From contig NC_068982.1 of the NCBI RefSeq assembly GCF_001194135.2, forward strand, positions 22,797,793 to 22,861,792: DNA of 64,000 nt, read 5' to 3'. Below are positions 53,591-64,000 of the stretch, one piece after another. Origin of the DNA: Octopus bimaculoides. Lineage: Eukaryota. The position numbers and the translations under genes were made by a program. How positions within the stretch are numbered: the first letter of the stretch is position 1; each line of letters opens with the position of its first letter. The notes beneath the pieces were generated by a model. The model was not told where the DNA came from and searched no databases. It saw nothing but the letters and a program-made list of their open reading frames with translations.

Positions 53591-54870
53591 NNNNNNNNNN
53601 NNNNNNNNNNNNNNNNNNNNNNNNNNNNNNNNNNNNNNNNNNNNNNNNNNNNNNNNNNNNNNNNNNNNNNNNNNNNNNNNNNNNNNNNNNNNNNNNNNNN
53701 NNNNNNNNNNNNNNNNNNNNNNNNNNNNNNNNNNNNNNNNNNNNNNNNNNNNNNNNNNNNNNNNNNNNNNNNNNNNNNNNNNNNNNNNNNNNNNNNNNNN
53801 NNNNNNNNNNNNNNNNNNNNNNNNNNNNNNNNNNNNNNNNNNNNNNNNNNNNNNNNNNNNNNNNNNNNNNNNNNNNNNNNNNNNNNNNNNNNNNNNNNNN
53901 NNNNNNNNNNNNNNNNNNNNNNNNNNNNNNNNNNNNNNNNNNNNNNNNNNNNNNNNNNNNNNNNNNNNNNNNNNNNNNNNNNNNNNNNNNNNNNNNNNNN
54001 NNNNNNNNNNNNNNNNNNNNNNNNNNNNNNNNNNNNNNNNNNNNNNNNNNNNNNNNNNNNNNNNNNNNNNNNNNNNNNNNNNNNNNNNNNNNNNNNNNNN
54101 NNNNNNNNNNNNNNNNNNNNNNNNNNNNNNNNNNNNNNNNNNNNNNNNNNNNNNNNNNNNNNNNNNNNNNNNNNNNNNNNNNNNNNNNNNNNNNNNNNNN
54201 NNNNNNNNNNNNNNNNNNNNNNNNNNNNNNNNNNNNNNNNNNNNNNNNNNNNNNNNNNTGTATGTATACACACACACACACACACACACACACTAATTCA
54301 AACGTATAGGCATATATGCTTACATACATGTATACATACCTATGTATAGGATGTAACATATTTTCACTTATATATACATGTATGCACACACACAGTTATA
54401 TACATATATATGTGTGTATATATGTACGTATGCATGATATATAAAATGGGAGATGATATGATGGTTGAAAAAGAAAATTATGGTTGGAAAGAATCTTCTT
54501 ACCACACAGCCACGCCAACGCCTATATAAGTGCATTAAAATATTATATATACATATTTATATCTTTAGGAATATATTTCTATAAAAACGTACTGAAATAT
54601 GTATATGTGCATTTATATATTATATATATTTGCATATATATTTTCTTATATGTATACGTATTTGGATACTTATATATGTATTTACGTAGGTTTATACATA
54701 GGCAAGTTTTAAAATAACAACTTGCATCTCCAAGGCATGTTTCAAAAGCTTCACTCGACTACATCTCCACTTCATGAAACTATTAGTAGCTCTTGACTGT
54801 ACACTGTGTACATTAGATAATATTTATCTCATTGGATAGAGTACTTTCTGTTGATCTTACCTTAAAGGGA

Positions 54871-55025
54871 GCAGGCGTGTCTATGTGTTGAGAAATTTGC
54901 TTTCCAGCCACGTGATTTGGGGTTCAGTCCCACTGCATGTCAACTACAACAGGTGTCTTCTACTATAGCCCCAGGTCGACCAAAGTCTTGTGAGTAGATT
55001 TGTTTGAAAGAAACTTGTCGTACAT
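54871..55025 (+). mobile_element. Family-A SINE 5' half; other A fragments at 54482-54522 (-) and 56460-56575 (+)
   Basis: ggttcagtcccactgc...gtgtcttctactatagcccc..gtcgaccaaagtcttgtgagt. Confidence 0.75.
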
Positions 55026-57570
55026 ATATATCAAAAGGATGTGTTATAACACTATTCCACATATACAAAAATAGCCATACCAACAATCCAACATACCTCC
55101 ATCATCAGCTGCCCCACGGATATCATTACGGTTTCGACACCTGAGCAATACCATTCAATCCAGCGGTGTCAATAGCACTAAAATAAGTGTTAGTTGGGAA
55201 CAAACAAACTAAAGAAACCACAATTCAAACACATTTACCCTATGTACAAACCGTATCAGTAAATAAAATAAATAAGTAAATTACAACCAACTTTTAAATA
55301 CGTAACTAAACAGCGACCAATCCATCTTCCATAGTATAATATAAAAGTGAAAGATTAACCACATTCATTCAATCAATCAGTTTATAGCCAGAATTAAGCA
55401 GTGACTTTAATAAAACTACAACAAAGAAACACATAAACCCACATACATCGCATCGGTATTAATAGTAAACTTGCAATAACTAAAATCTATGCTAAATCGC
55501 GACATATATATATATATATATATATANNNNNNNNNNNNNNNNNNNNNNNNNNNNNNNNNNNNNNNNNNNNNNNNNNNNNNNNNNNNNNNNNNNNNNNNNN
55601 NNNNNNNNNNNNNNNNNNNNNNNNNNNNNNNNNNNNNNNNNNNNNNNNNNNNNNNNNNNNNNNNNNNNNNNNNNNNNNNNNNNNNNNNNNNNNNNNNNNN
55701 NNNNNNNNNNNNNNNNNNNNNNNNNNNNNNNNNNNNNNNNNNNNNNNNNNNNNNNNNNNNNNNNNNNNNNNNNNNNNNNNNNNNNNNNNNNNNNNNNNNN
55801 NNNNNNNNNNNNNNNNNNNNNNNNNNNNNNNNNNNNNNNNNNNNNNNNNNNNNNNNNNNNNNNNNNNNNNNNNNNNNNNNNNNNNNNNNNNNNNNNNNNN
55901 NNNNNNNNNNNNNNNNNNNNNNNNNNNNNNNNNNNNNNNNNNNNNNNNNNNNNNNNNNNNNNNNNNNNNNNNNNNNNNNNNNNNNNNNNNNNNNNNNNNN
56001 NNNNNNNNNNNNNNNNNNNNNNNNNNNNNNNNNNNNNNNNNNNNNNNNNNNNNNNNNNNNNNNNNNNNNNNNNNNNNNNNNNNNNNNNNNNNNNNNNNNN
56101 NNNNNNNNNNNNNNNNNNNNNNNNNNNNNNNNNNNNNNNNNNNNNNNNNNNNNNNNNNNNNNNNNNNNNNNNNNNNNNNNNNNNNNNNNNNNNNNNNNNN
56201 NNNNNNNNNNNNNNNNNNNNNNNNNNNNNNNNNNNNNNNNNNNNNNNNNNNNNNNNNNNNNNNNNNNNNNNNNNNNNNNNNNNNNNNNNNNNNNNNNNNN
56301 NNNNNNNNNNNNNNNNNNNNNNNNNNNNNNNNNNNNNNNNNNNNNNNNNNNNNNNNNNNNNNNNNNNNNNNNNNNNNNNNNNNNNNNNNNNNNNNNNNNN
56401 NNNNNNNNNNTGTGTGTGTGTGTGTGTGTGTAGGTAGGTGGGTAGGTAGGTGGGTAGTCTTGCGTTTGTATTTGTCGCTCGCTACAGCTTGACAAACAAG
56501 GTTGATTTGTTCGACCAAACCCTTCAAAGCAGTACTCCACCATGAGCGCAGTCCAATAACTGGAACAAGTAAAGTGGGATACATACACACACATATTCAT
56601 ACACATATATATGCTTACATATTTATATATACATATGTTTATACACATATACAGATATTCATATTTGCTTATATATATTATGCATAAAATGCATAAATGC
56701 ATAAATACTGTTACCTATATACGTATCTAAGTGTGTATGCATATGTATTTTATACACGCACGTTTGTATTTAAATATGCATATACACACATGCACATACA
56801 TAAATACTTACATATTTATGTATTGTTCCGCACAATAATTCAGTGTTTATCCCATTCATCTAAGAAGAAATCATTAAAGGTTCTAGAAATTCACTTAGTT
56901 CAAATAGCTATGATTATTATATAGAGTACAGTTAAGTACAAAATATGTGCTTTTGCTGTCAACGAGATCATCAGAAACTATAATATTTAAAATTTATGGA
57001 AGACGGCATAGTATTTTATAAGAACTTCTGAAATAGAAATATTCCTGCATTTGAAAGTACAATGCAGAGGAACACAGAAGGATAGAATGAAAAGAAAACT
57101 GTATTTGGACGGCAAGAAATACCATTTTAATTGTTGAGATAAAGAGGTAAAACAACGCCATACGTTAATATGCGTAAAAAAATCTAGGCAGAAGAATTAT
57201 GTGACTTTCGTTTATAACACTAATTTCTCGCTGTGCCTCCTTTAACTCTAGGCTTCGAGGAGAGCAGCATTTTTATTCGTATCTTTAAACTGACGCCCGT
57301 CTGGTCTCAGTTCACTATCTTCTACGCACACATTTTCTTCTACATACACCTCACCCAGCTCACTCAACTATAAATGATATAAAAGAGTAATATTCTTATC
57401 AGATACATAGACACTCACTTACATCATATGATAGGCACGTGTTTGTGTACTCATTCTTATACACTAACAGACCCGTACATATAATAAACACATACAAGCA
57501 TACGCACACATTCAGCCACAAAATCACATAAATTCTAGATATAAACAACCTTGCACATTGAAATCAAATA

Positions 57571-57790
57571 TACTAATCCCTCGACGATCGCGGGTGTTAC
57601 GTTCTAAAACCCCCCGCGATAGGTGAAAATCCGCGAAGTAGAAACAGTACTGTATATTTTGCTTCATCATTTTTATAATCTGTATATATTTATTTAATTA
57701 TAAACGCAAAACAACACAACGGAAGAATCAACGTAAGCTTAAATAATAAACCGCAATAGGCGAACCGCGAAACGGTAAGGAAATACTGTA
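57571..57790. mobile_element. pogo/Tigger-type MITE, 220 bp
   Basis: Imperfect TIRs tactaatccctcgacgatcgcg / cgcgaaacggtaagggaaatactgta (TACAGTA-type end). Confidence 0.7.
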
Positions 57791-58623
57791 CACGAATTCA
57801 TGCACACATTAGAATTTAGCAAACACATATATACACAATAAAACCTATACACACAGATATACACGAACATTCGCACGCACGCAGTCGCTTATACATATGC
57901 ACATAACACACACCAACCACGGGCACTCCTTCACATGTATCGCACACAAATATACACACATGCGCACACACTAAAACATACACATCCGTGCCTGTCAGCC
58001 TTTATCAGTTCATCCTTATGCACAGCAACACACGAACACACAGACACTCACAGCTCAATATGACAGACACATTTCTTCATAATCTATCTCTCTAACTCAC
58101 ACACACACACACGTGTACATATAGCACTCCTAAAGTAACGTACGCATATGCAGGCGCACACACACACAGAGACACACTAGAAACTGTACTTCAACACAAT
58201 CCCTTACACAAAAATGAATTCACAGACAAAACAACATGCGCAGGCACATGCCTATCATCCCGTTCCCTCTCCAGCCAGTAAGTGCCCTATTAACCACCTG
58301 CTTATTTCCCATCAGTCAACAGGTAAACATGCGGACGAAAACCGCGTGGCTTCTCTCACTGGGTTGCATTTTTTTTCTTTTCCTTTTCTTTCTGCCTTTT
58401 TCACTCTCCCGCCCTTCATACTGTATCCGAACAAAGACAATGTCTGAAATGCTATAGCTATTAATTCCTTCCATTCCAACGACCGCCAATCTAATTGACC
58501 TTGATTGTTATTTTCTGGAGTTTTCCGTTCATAACTATATATATATATATATATATATNNNNNNNNNNNNNNNNNNNNNNNNNNNNNNNNNNNNNNNNNN
58601 NNNNNNNNNNNNNNNNNNNNNNN

Positions 58624-58837
58624 TCATTTGACTGCGGCCATACTGGAGCACCGCCTTTAGTCGAGCAAATCGACCCCAGGACTTATTCTTTGTAAGCCCA
58701 GTACTTATTCTATCGATTTCTTTGCGGAACCGCTGGGTTAACGGGGACGTAAACACACCAGCATCGGTTGTCAAGCGATGTTGGGGGGATAAACACAGAC
58801 ACACAAACATATACACACACATACATACATACATAAC

Positions 58838-58871
<34 letters not shown>

Positions 58872-59020
58872 CGATGGGATTCTTTCAGCCTCCGTCTACC
58901 AGATCCACTCATAAGGCTTTGGTCGGCCAGAGGCTATAGTAGAAGACACTTGCCCAATGTGCCACGCAGTAGGACTAAACCAGGAACCATGTGATTGGTA
59001 AGCAAGCTACTTACCACATA
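58624..59020 (-). mobile_element. Family-A SINE, near full-length
   Basis: Colinear with 30264-30680. Confidence 0.88.
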
Positions 59021-59127
59021 GCTATATATATATATACACAGCCTCACTACGTTATGAGTTCAATATATANNNNNNNNNNNNNNNNNNNNNNNNNNNNNNN
59101 NNNNNNNNNNNNNNNNNNNNNNNNNNN

Positions 59128-59176
<49 letters not shown>

Positions 59177-59997
59177 TTTGTTCTACAGTGATTTGTAGTT
59201 CAAGGCAGCATTTCGCTTCATTAATTCAACTATACTTTCTATGAAATTCTTAGAATATTACACTTGCATCCCCACTTTCTTCGTAATTCTAAGACTTATG
59301 GAATATCGTGACAAATGTTTCATGATTACGAAGGAAACTATTTCGCCATTCGGCCAAGTACCCGAACGCTAGAATAGACTCGGGTCACCACCCCGCACTC
59401 ACGCGAAGCGTGTGAAAACAACTGATTAAAAAAAGAAGACAAAACAGTGTGGGATACTTTCAGATGGACTGCATGGATTATATCTGAAGGCACACAATGG
59501 CAACGTGATTAATTCTGAAATCTAGAGTAATCTGGAAACATTTAAACGTCGAAATCCACCTGGCGTCATAGGCAGACAGATGTTTTAATAGGTTAAGAAC
59601 GGACAATCCTACTGGATCCTCATCAGATCAATATAATCGAATCAAGTCACATATAGTATGACCTATTATACGTGTGTGTGTGCATGTGTGTGCGTATGTG
59701 TATGTAAATATATGTGAATGTGTGTGTGTGCATACGTGCAGTACATAAATAGACACTCGAAGGCATACACACACGCACGCGTGCACGTTTTTATACATGT
59801 ATATATAGTAAAATATTTTTACTCACGTTGTTTTAAAATCTTGTAGGTTTATAAATACCGAGAGAAGACCTTTTGCATGACAGATCCGAACGATCACATT
59901 GCTAACTTGATCATATTTCATCAGCTTTAAGAGCGTCAGAACACACATAAATTGTTTATTTCTTCAGACTGATGATTTCCTTCAATAAATTACCTTA

Positions 59998-60152
59998 ATT
60001 TTGTGTGGTAAGTAGCTTGTTTACCAACCACATGGTTCCGGGTTCACTCCCACTGCGTGGCACCTTGCGCGAGCGTCTTCTACTATAGCCTCGGGCCGAC
60101 CAAAGCCTTGTGAGTGGATTCGGAAGACGGAAACTGAAAGAAGCCCGTCGTA
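59998..60152 (+). mobile_element. Family-A SINE 5' half
   Basis: tgtgtggtaagtagcttgtttaccaaccacatggttccgggttcactccc...gaaagaagcccgtcg. Confidence 0.85.
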
Positions 60153-61028
60153 TATATATATATATATATATCATAAATATACAGGGATTAGCATTGAGTT
60201 GCCTTCTCCAGCATACTGAAAATTTAGAAATAGCAGTCAAAGAACTACTGATTCTAAACTACAAATTTTTCCCTAAACGGATGGCGATATTTATGGCACA
60301 CATNNNNNNNNNNNNNNNNNNNNNNNNNNNNNNNNNNNNNNNNNNNNNNNNNNNNNNNNNNNNNNNNNNNNNNNNNNNNNNNNNNNNNNNNNNNNNNNNN
60401 NNNNNNNNNNNNNNNNNNNNNNNNNNNNNNNNNNNNNNNNNNNNNNNNNNNNNNNNNNNNNNNNNNNNNNNNNNNNNNNNNNNNNNNNNNNNNNNNNNNN
60501 NNNNNNNNNNNNNNNNNNNNNNNNNNNNNNNNNNNNNNNNNNNNNNNNNNNNNNNNNNNNNNNNNNNNNNNNNNNNNNNNNNNNNNNNNNNNNNNNNNNN
60601 NNNNNNNNNNNNNNNNNNNNNNNNNNNNNNNNNNNNNNNNNNNNNNNNNNNNNNNNNNNNNNNNNNNNNNNNNNNNNNNNNNNNNNNNNNNNNNNNNNNN
60701 NNNNNNNNNNNNNNNNNNNNNNNNNNNNNNNNNNNNNNNNNNNNNNNNNNNNNNNNNNNNNNNNNNNNNNNNNNNNNNNNNNNNNNNNNNNNNNNNNNNN
60801 NNNNNNNNNNNNNNNNNNNNNNNNNNNNNNNNNNNNNNNNNNNNNNNNNNNNNNNNNNNNNNNNNNNNNNNNNNNNNNNNNNNNNNNNNNNNNNNNNNNN
60901 NNNNNNNNNNNNNNNNNNNNNNNNNNNNNNNNNNNNNNNNNNNNNNNNNNNNNNNNNNNNNNNNNNNNNNNNNNNNNNNATATAGCTATATACCTCTTTC
61001 CCCCCTTCACCGCTCTCACTCTCTCTCG

Positions 61029-61065
<37 letters not shown>

Positions 61066-62944
61066 TAAAATTTATACACACATACATATTTACATGCATA
61101 CACATATTAAAACCATTGTACAGCATTATTGGATTAGTTACGTACATACGTATTCTCATGAACGTTAAACACTCACATACTAACACGCCTGCAGACTTAC
61201 TCGCAAACACATCTCGTTCACTGATATAATGCCATTAGGTCATTTTCCTAATTTTCTTATCAACTCGAACGGAATGAAGGTCGCTTTTGTTGTTCATAAC
61301 TTTATGTAGATGTTAAGATCAGTTATATAATTTACAACTTGTTTTAATATTATTGCATTGTACGTGTAACTTCATTTTAGGATCTTGATCTTTATGGACG
61401 AGTCGCTAGCCACTCTCTGATTTACGATGGAGAATTGCCTTTCTCACCTTTCATTCTTTTCACCAGTCTTTCCTTCAATTCTTTTTCGTTTGTGAAGGTG
61501 GGAGGTCTCATGTTTCAAATCTACAGCCGGAAGACAAATCGCATTCGCCATAACAAATATGGTTGACAGCATAGCCATTGCATTAACTGCCGCTTAAAAG
61601 TGATAAAAACGGTTGAATTAATTGTACATGCTTGATAAGGTTTACTTCTTCCAAGGCTATTCATATTATTGTTGTAGCCATTTGAATCATGTCGCTTGCA
61701 TCATTAACGGATTCGCTTTTAACAGATGTATATACGTATATTTTCAGCAAATTACATTGACCAAATCTTCTCGACCAAAGTTATATGGTACAATACAAGT
61801 GATTTTCTATTGCTTTTGAAAACTGTATCGATTGCTTGTTTTGTTCGTTTTTTTTAGCTCTGAACCAACCCTTTTTCGAACTGATTTATAACTAAAAGCG
61901 ATCATGCTGTGACCACCTTTTTGTGCATTAAGGATTAAATTCCTCAATATATCTTTCTTTAAGTGGGTAGAATGTTATTTAAGGAAGATCGCACTGCTGA
62001 TATTTCTAGTTAGTCTTGCGATCATCTAGAGCATCCTTCGTCGGTTATTGGTAGAATGATATGGTTAATATCATTCTTTGTATTTTGGCATTAACAAAAA
62101 ATTCTGTTTTTATTCTACCAAAACTAATTATAATTGCTAAGAATCTCTTGTTGCCCTCTTTCCTATTATGTTTTTTCTCTCTCACACAGGAATCCAACAC
62201 AGATATGTGCAATGCTTCGTTAATAATAACTACTAGCTGTACAATAAGCTGGAAGACGATAGTTCCTTCTCAGTTACCGCTGCAGCTTTTTCTTTCTCTT
62301 TGTGATAAATGCATTCTATTCTCAATAGATATCTCCCACAATTGAGTAAGCTTTGCTTTGCTGAAAATCTTCTAGAATTTTCATGCTATACATGCTTTTC
62401 CTGTAACTGTTCAAGTGAAGCAGGGACGAAGTCGATATCAACCCATCTCGGGTCGGTCTGGGGGTAATGAAAATCATGAGCACGGACCAATGAAAAGAAA
62501 CCGCGTGGAACGGCAATCATTTCATATATATATATATATANNNNNNNNNNNNNNNNNNNNNNNNNNNNNNNNNNNNNNNNNNNNNNNNNNNNNNNNNNNN
62601 NNNNNNNNNNNNNNNNNNNNNNNNNNNNNNNNNNNNNNNNNNNNNNNNNNNNNNNNNNNNNNNNNNNNNNNNNNNNNNNNNNNNNNNNNNNNNNNNNNNN
62701 NNNNNNNNNNNNNNNNNNNNNNNNNNNNNNNNNNNNNNNNNNNNNNNNNNNNNNNNNNNNNNNNNNNNNNNNNNNNNNNNNNNNNNNNNNNNNNNNNNNN
62801 NNNNNNNNNNNNNNNNNNNNNNNNNNNNNNNNNNNNNNNNNNNNNNNNNNNNNNNNNNNNNNNATGAAATATTGAGTGTTCAATATAAAGGATTAAATAT
62901 ATATATAAAGGCGAATACGTATTTTCTATACCTTGTGGTATTTC

Positions 62945-64000
62945 ATCATGGCCGGTATGACAGACTAATAGACTGGCTAGTTTTCTGTCTTTTATACCTA
63001 TTCCTTTGGACAGCAGCTTCATTCGGGATGACATCGACTTTTTATCCCATCTTCCCAAAACCACTGAAACAAATTCAATCCTACTGAGCTTTGATGTAGT
63101 AAGCCTATACACAAATATCCCACATGATTTAGGAATAAAGGCGGTGGAATACTGGTTAGACAAACACAAGGAAGCAATTCCCAACAGATTCACGGTGACA
63201 TTTATACTAGAATCAGTGAGACTTATCCTGGAAAATAATATTTTCTTCTTCAATGGAAAGAACTATATCCAAATTAAAGAGAGATGCAACACCGAATTTA
63301 GGAAGTTTATAGAAAAAGCATGGAAGAGATACCTGGACGATTGCTTTATAATCTGGACCAAACCTCAAAGCACTGTGGAAGAATTCAACACCCTCTTGAA
63401 CAACCTACACCCATCCATCCAATTGACAAAGGAGATGAGCAGTAGCAAATTACCATTTCTAGATATAATGGTAGTTAAAAAGAATACCGCCATTACCACA
63501 GATATATATTACAAACACACAGACACACACCGATACTTGAACTTTAAATCGTGCCATCCACCCCATACAAAACGCAACATCCCATACTGCCTCGCCAGGA
63601 GAATATGTACTATTGTAGAGGATATAGAGACCAGAAATCAGCGCCTAATGGAACTGAAAGAATTTCTGCTAAAGCAAAAGTACCCGTCACAACTCATAGA
63701 AAATGGTATTCAGCGGACTTCGAAAATACCCATACAACAACTGAGGACACCGCAAAGAAGAGACAAACAGGAAAAGATCATTCCATTTATAGTGACACAA
63801 AATCCATCCCACCAGAACATCTTTAATATCGCCAAAGCGAACTTACCGATCCTTGCACAAAGTAAGGAATTGAGAAATATCATTACAGATCAAAATATAA
63901 CTCTCAGTAAGAGACAACCTAAAAACTTGAAAAAGCTATTAACAAAGGCAAGGTTTGACCTCAGCAACAAAAATCAAACATTCACTGTATCCAAATGGAA
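62945..64000 (+). mobile_element. Penelope-like element: reverse transcriptase and linker, continuing beyond the window
   Basis: Stop-free frame from 62961 to the window end: SFIRDDIDFL, SFDVVSLYTNIP, LENNIFFFNGKNYIQ, WKRYLDDCFIIW (YLDD at 63330), LPFLDI, TDIYYKHTDTHRYLNFKSCHPPHTKRNIPYCLARR, KRQPKNLKKLL. All are typical PLE RT and thumb motifs. Confidence 0.92.

Noticed and set aside
58255-58330. Donor-like sites cca|gtaagt and cag|gtaaac
   Set aside because: No plausible exon or reading frame.
59595-59635. Minus-strand CTGATGAG followed by a hairpin
   Set aside because: No GAAA or stem III, so not a hammerhead.
61400-62350. Minus-strand AIDTVF...LYHI, reminiscent of a MULE transposase
   Set aside because: Only a weak motif; surrounding frames are unrecognisable.
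63551-63826. 91-aa ORF
   Set aside because: Shadow frame of the Penelope RT.

Overview
Eukaryotic, AT-rich, repeat-saturated draft-assembly DNA. About 25 N-gaps total roughly 12 kb by hand tally, most bordered by (AT)n or other simple repeats. The microsatellite load and tRNA-derived SINE families look like an octopus/cephalopod genome (inference from recalled repeat sequences, not checked). I found no credible host protein-coding gene; nearly all listed ORFs are microsatellite or N artefacts. Recognisable content: (1) many copies of at least five tRNA-headed SINE families, labelled A, B, C, D and F here; (2) three 3' ends of an R4/Dong-like restriction-endonuclease LINE, each embedded in (TACA)n; (3) a decayed RTE (BovB-like) LINE; (4) Tc1/mariner, mariner and pogo/Tigger relics plus two MITEs; (5) a Penelope-like RT reading frame running off the right end, which the ORF track missed. 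The most interesting signal is hammerhead ribozymes. A tRNA-promoter SINE at 24.8-25.0 kb ends in a minimal type-I hammerhead of the Penelope pLTR kind, and a ~200-bp (TA)n-flanked element at 31.1-31.3 kb carries a second one with a variant core. Together they suggest Penelope-mobilised, ribozyme-bearing non-autonomous elements; novelty is unverified. Repeat boundaries are hand-estimated and approximate.
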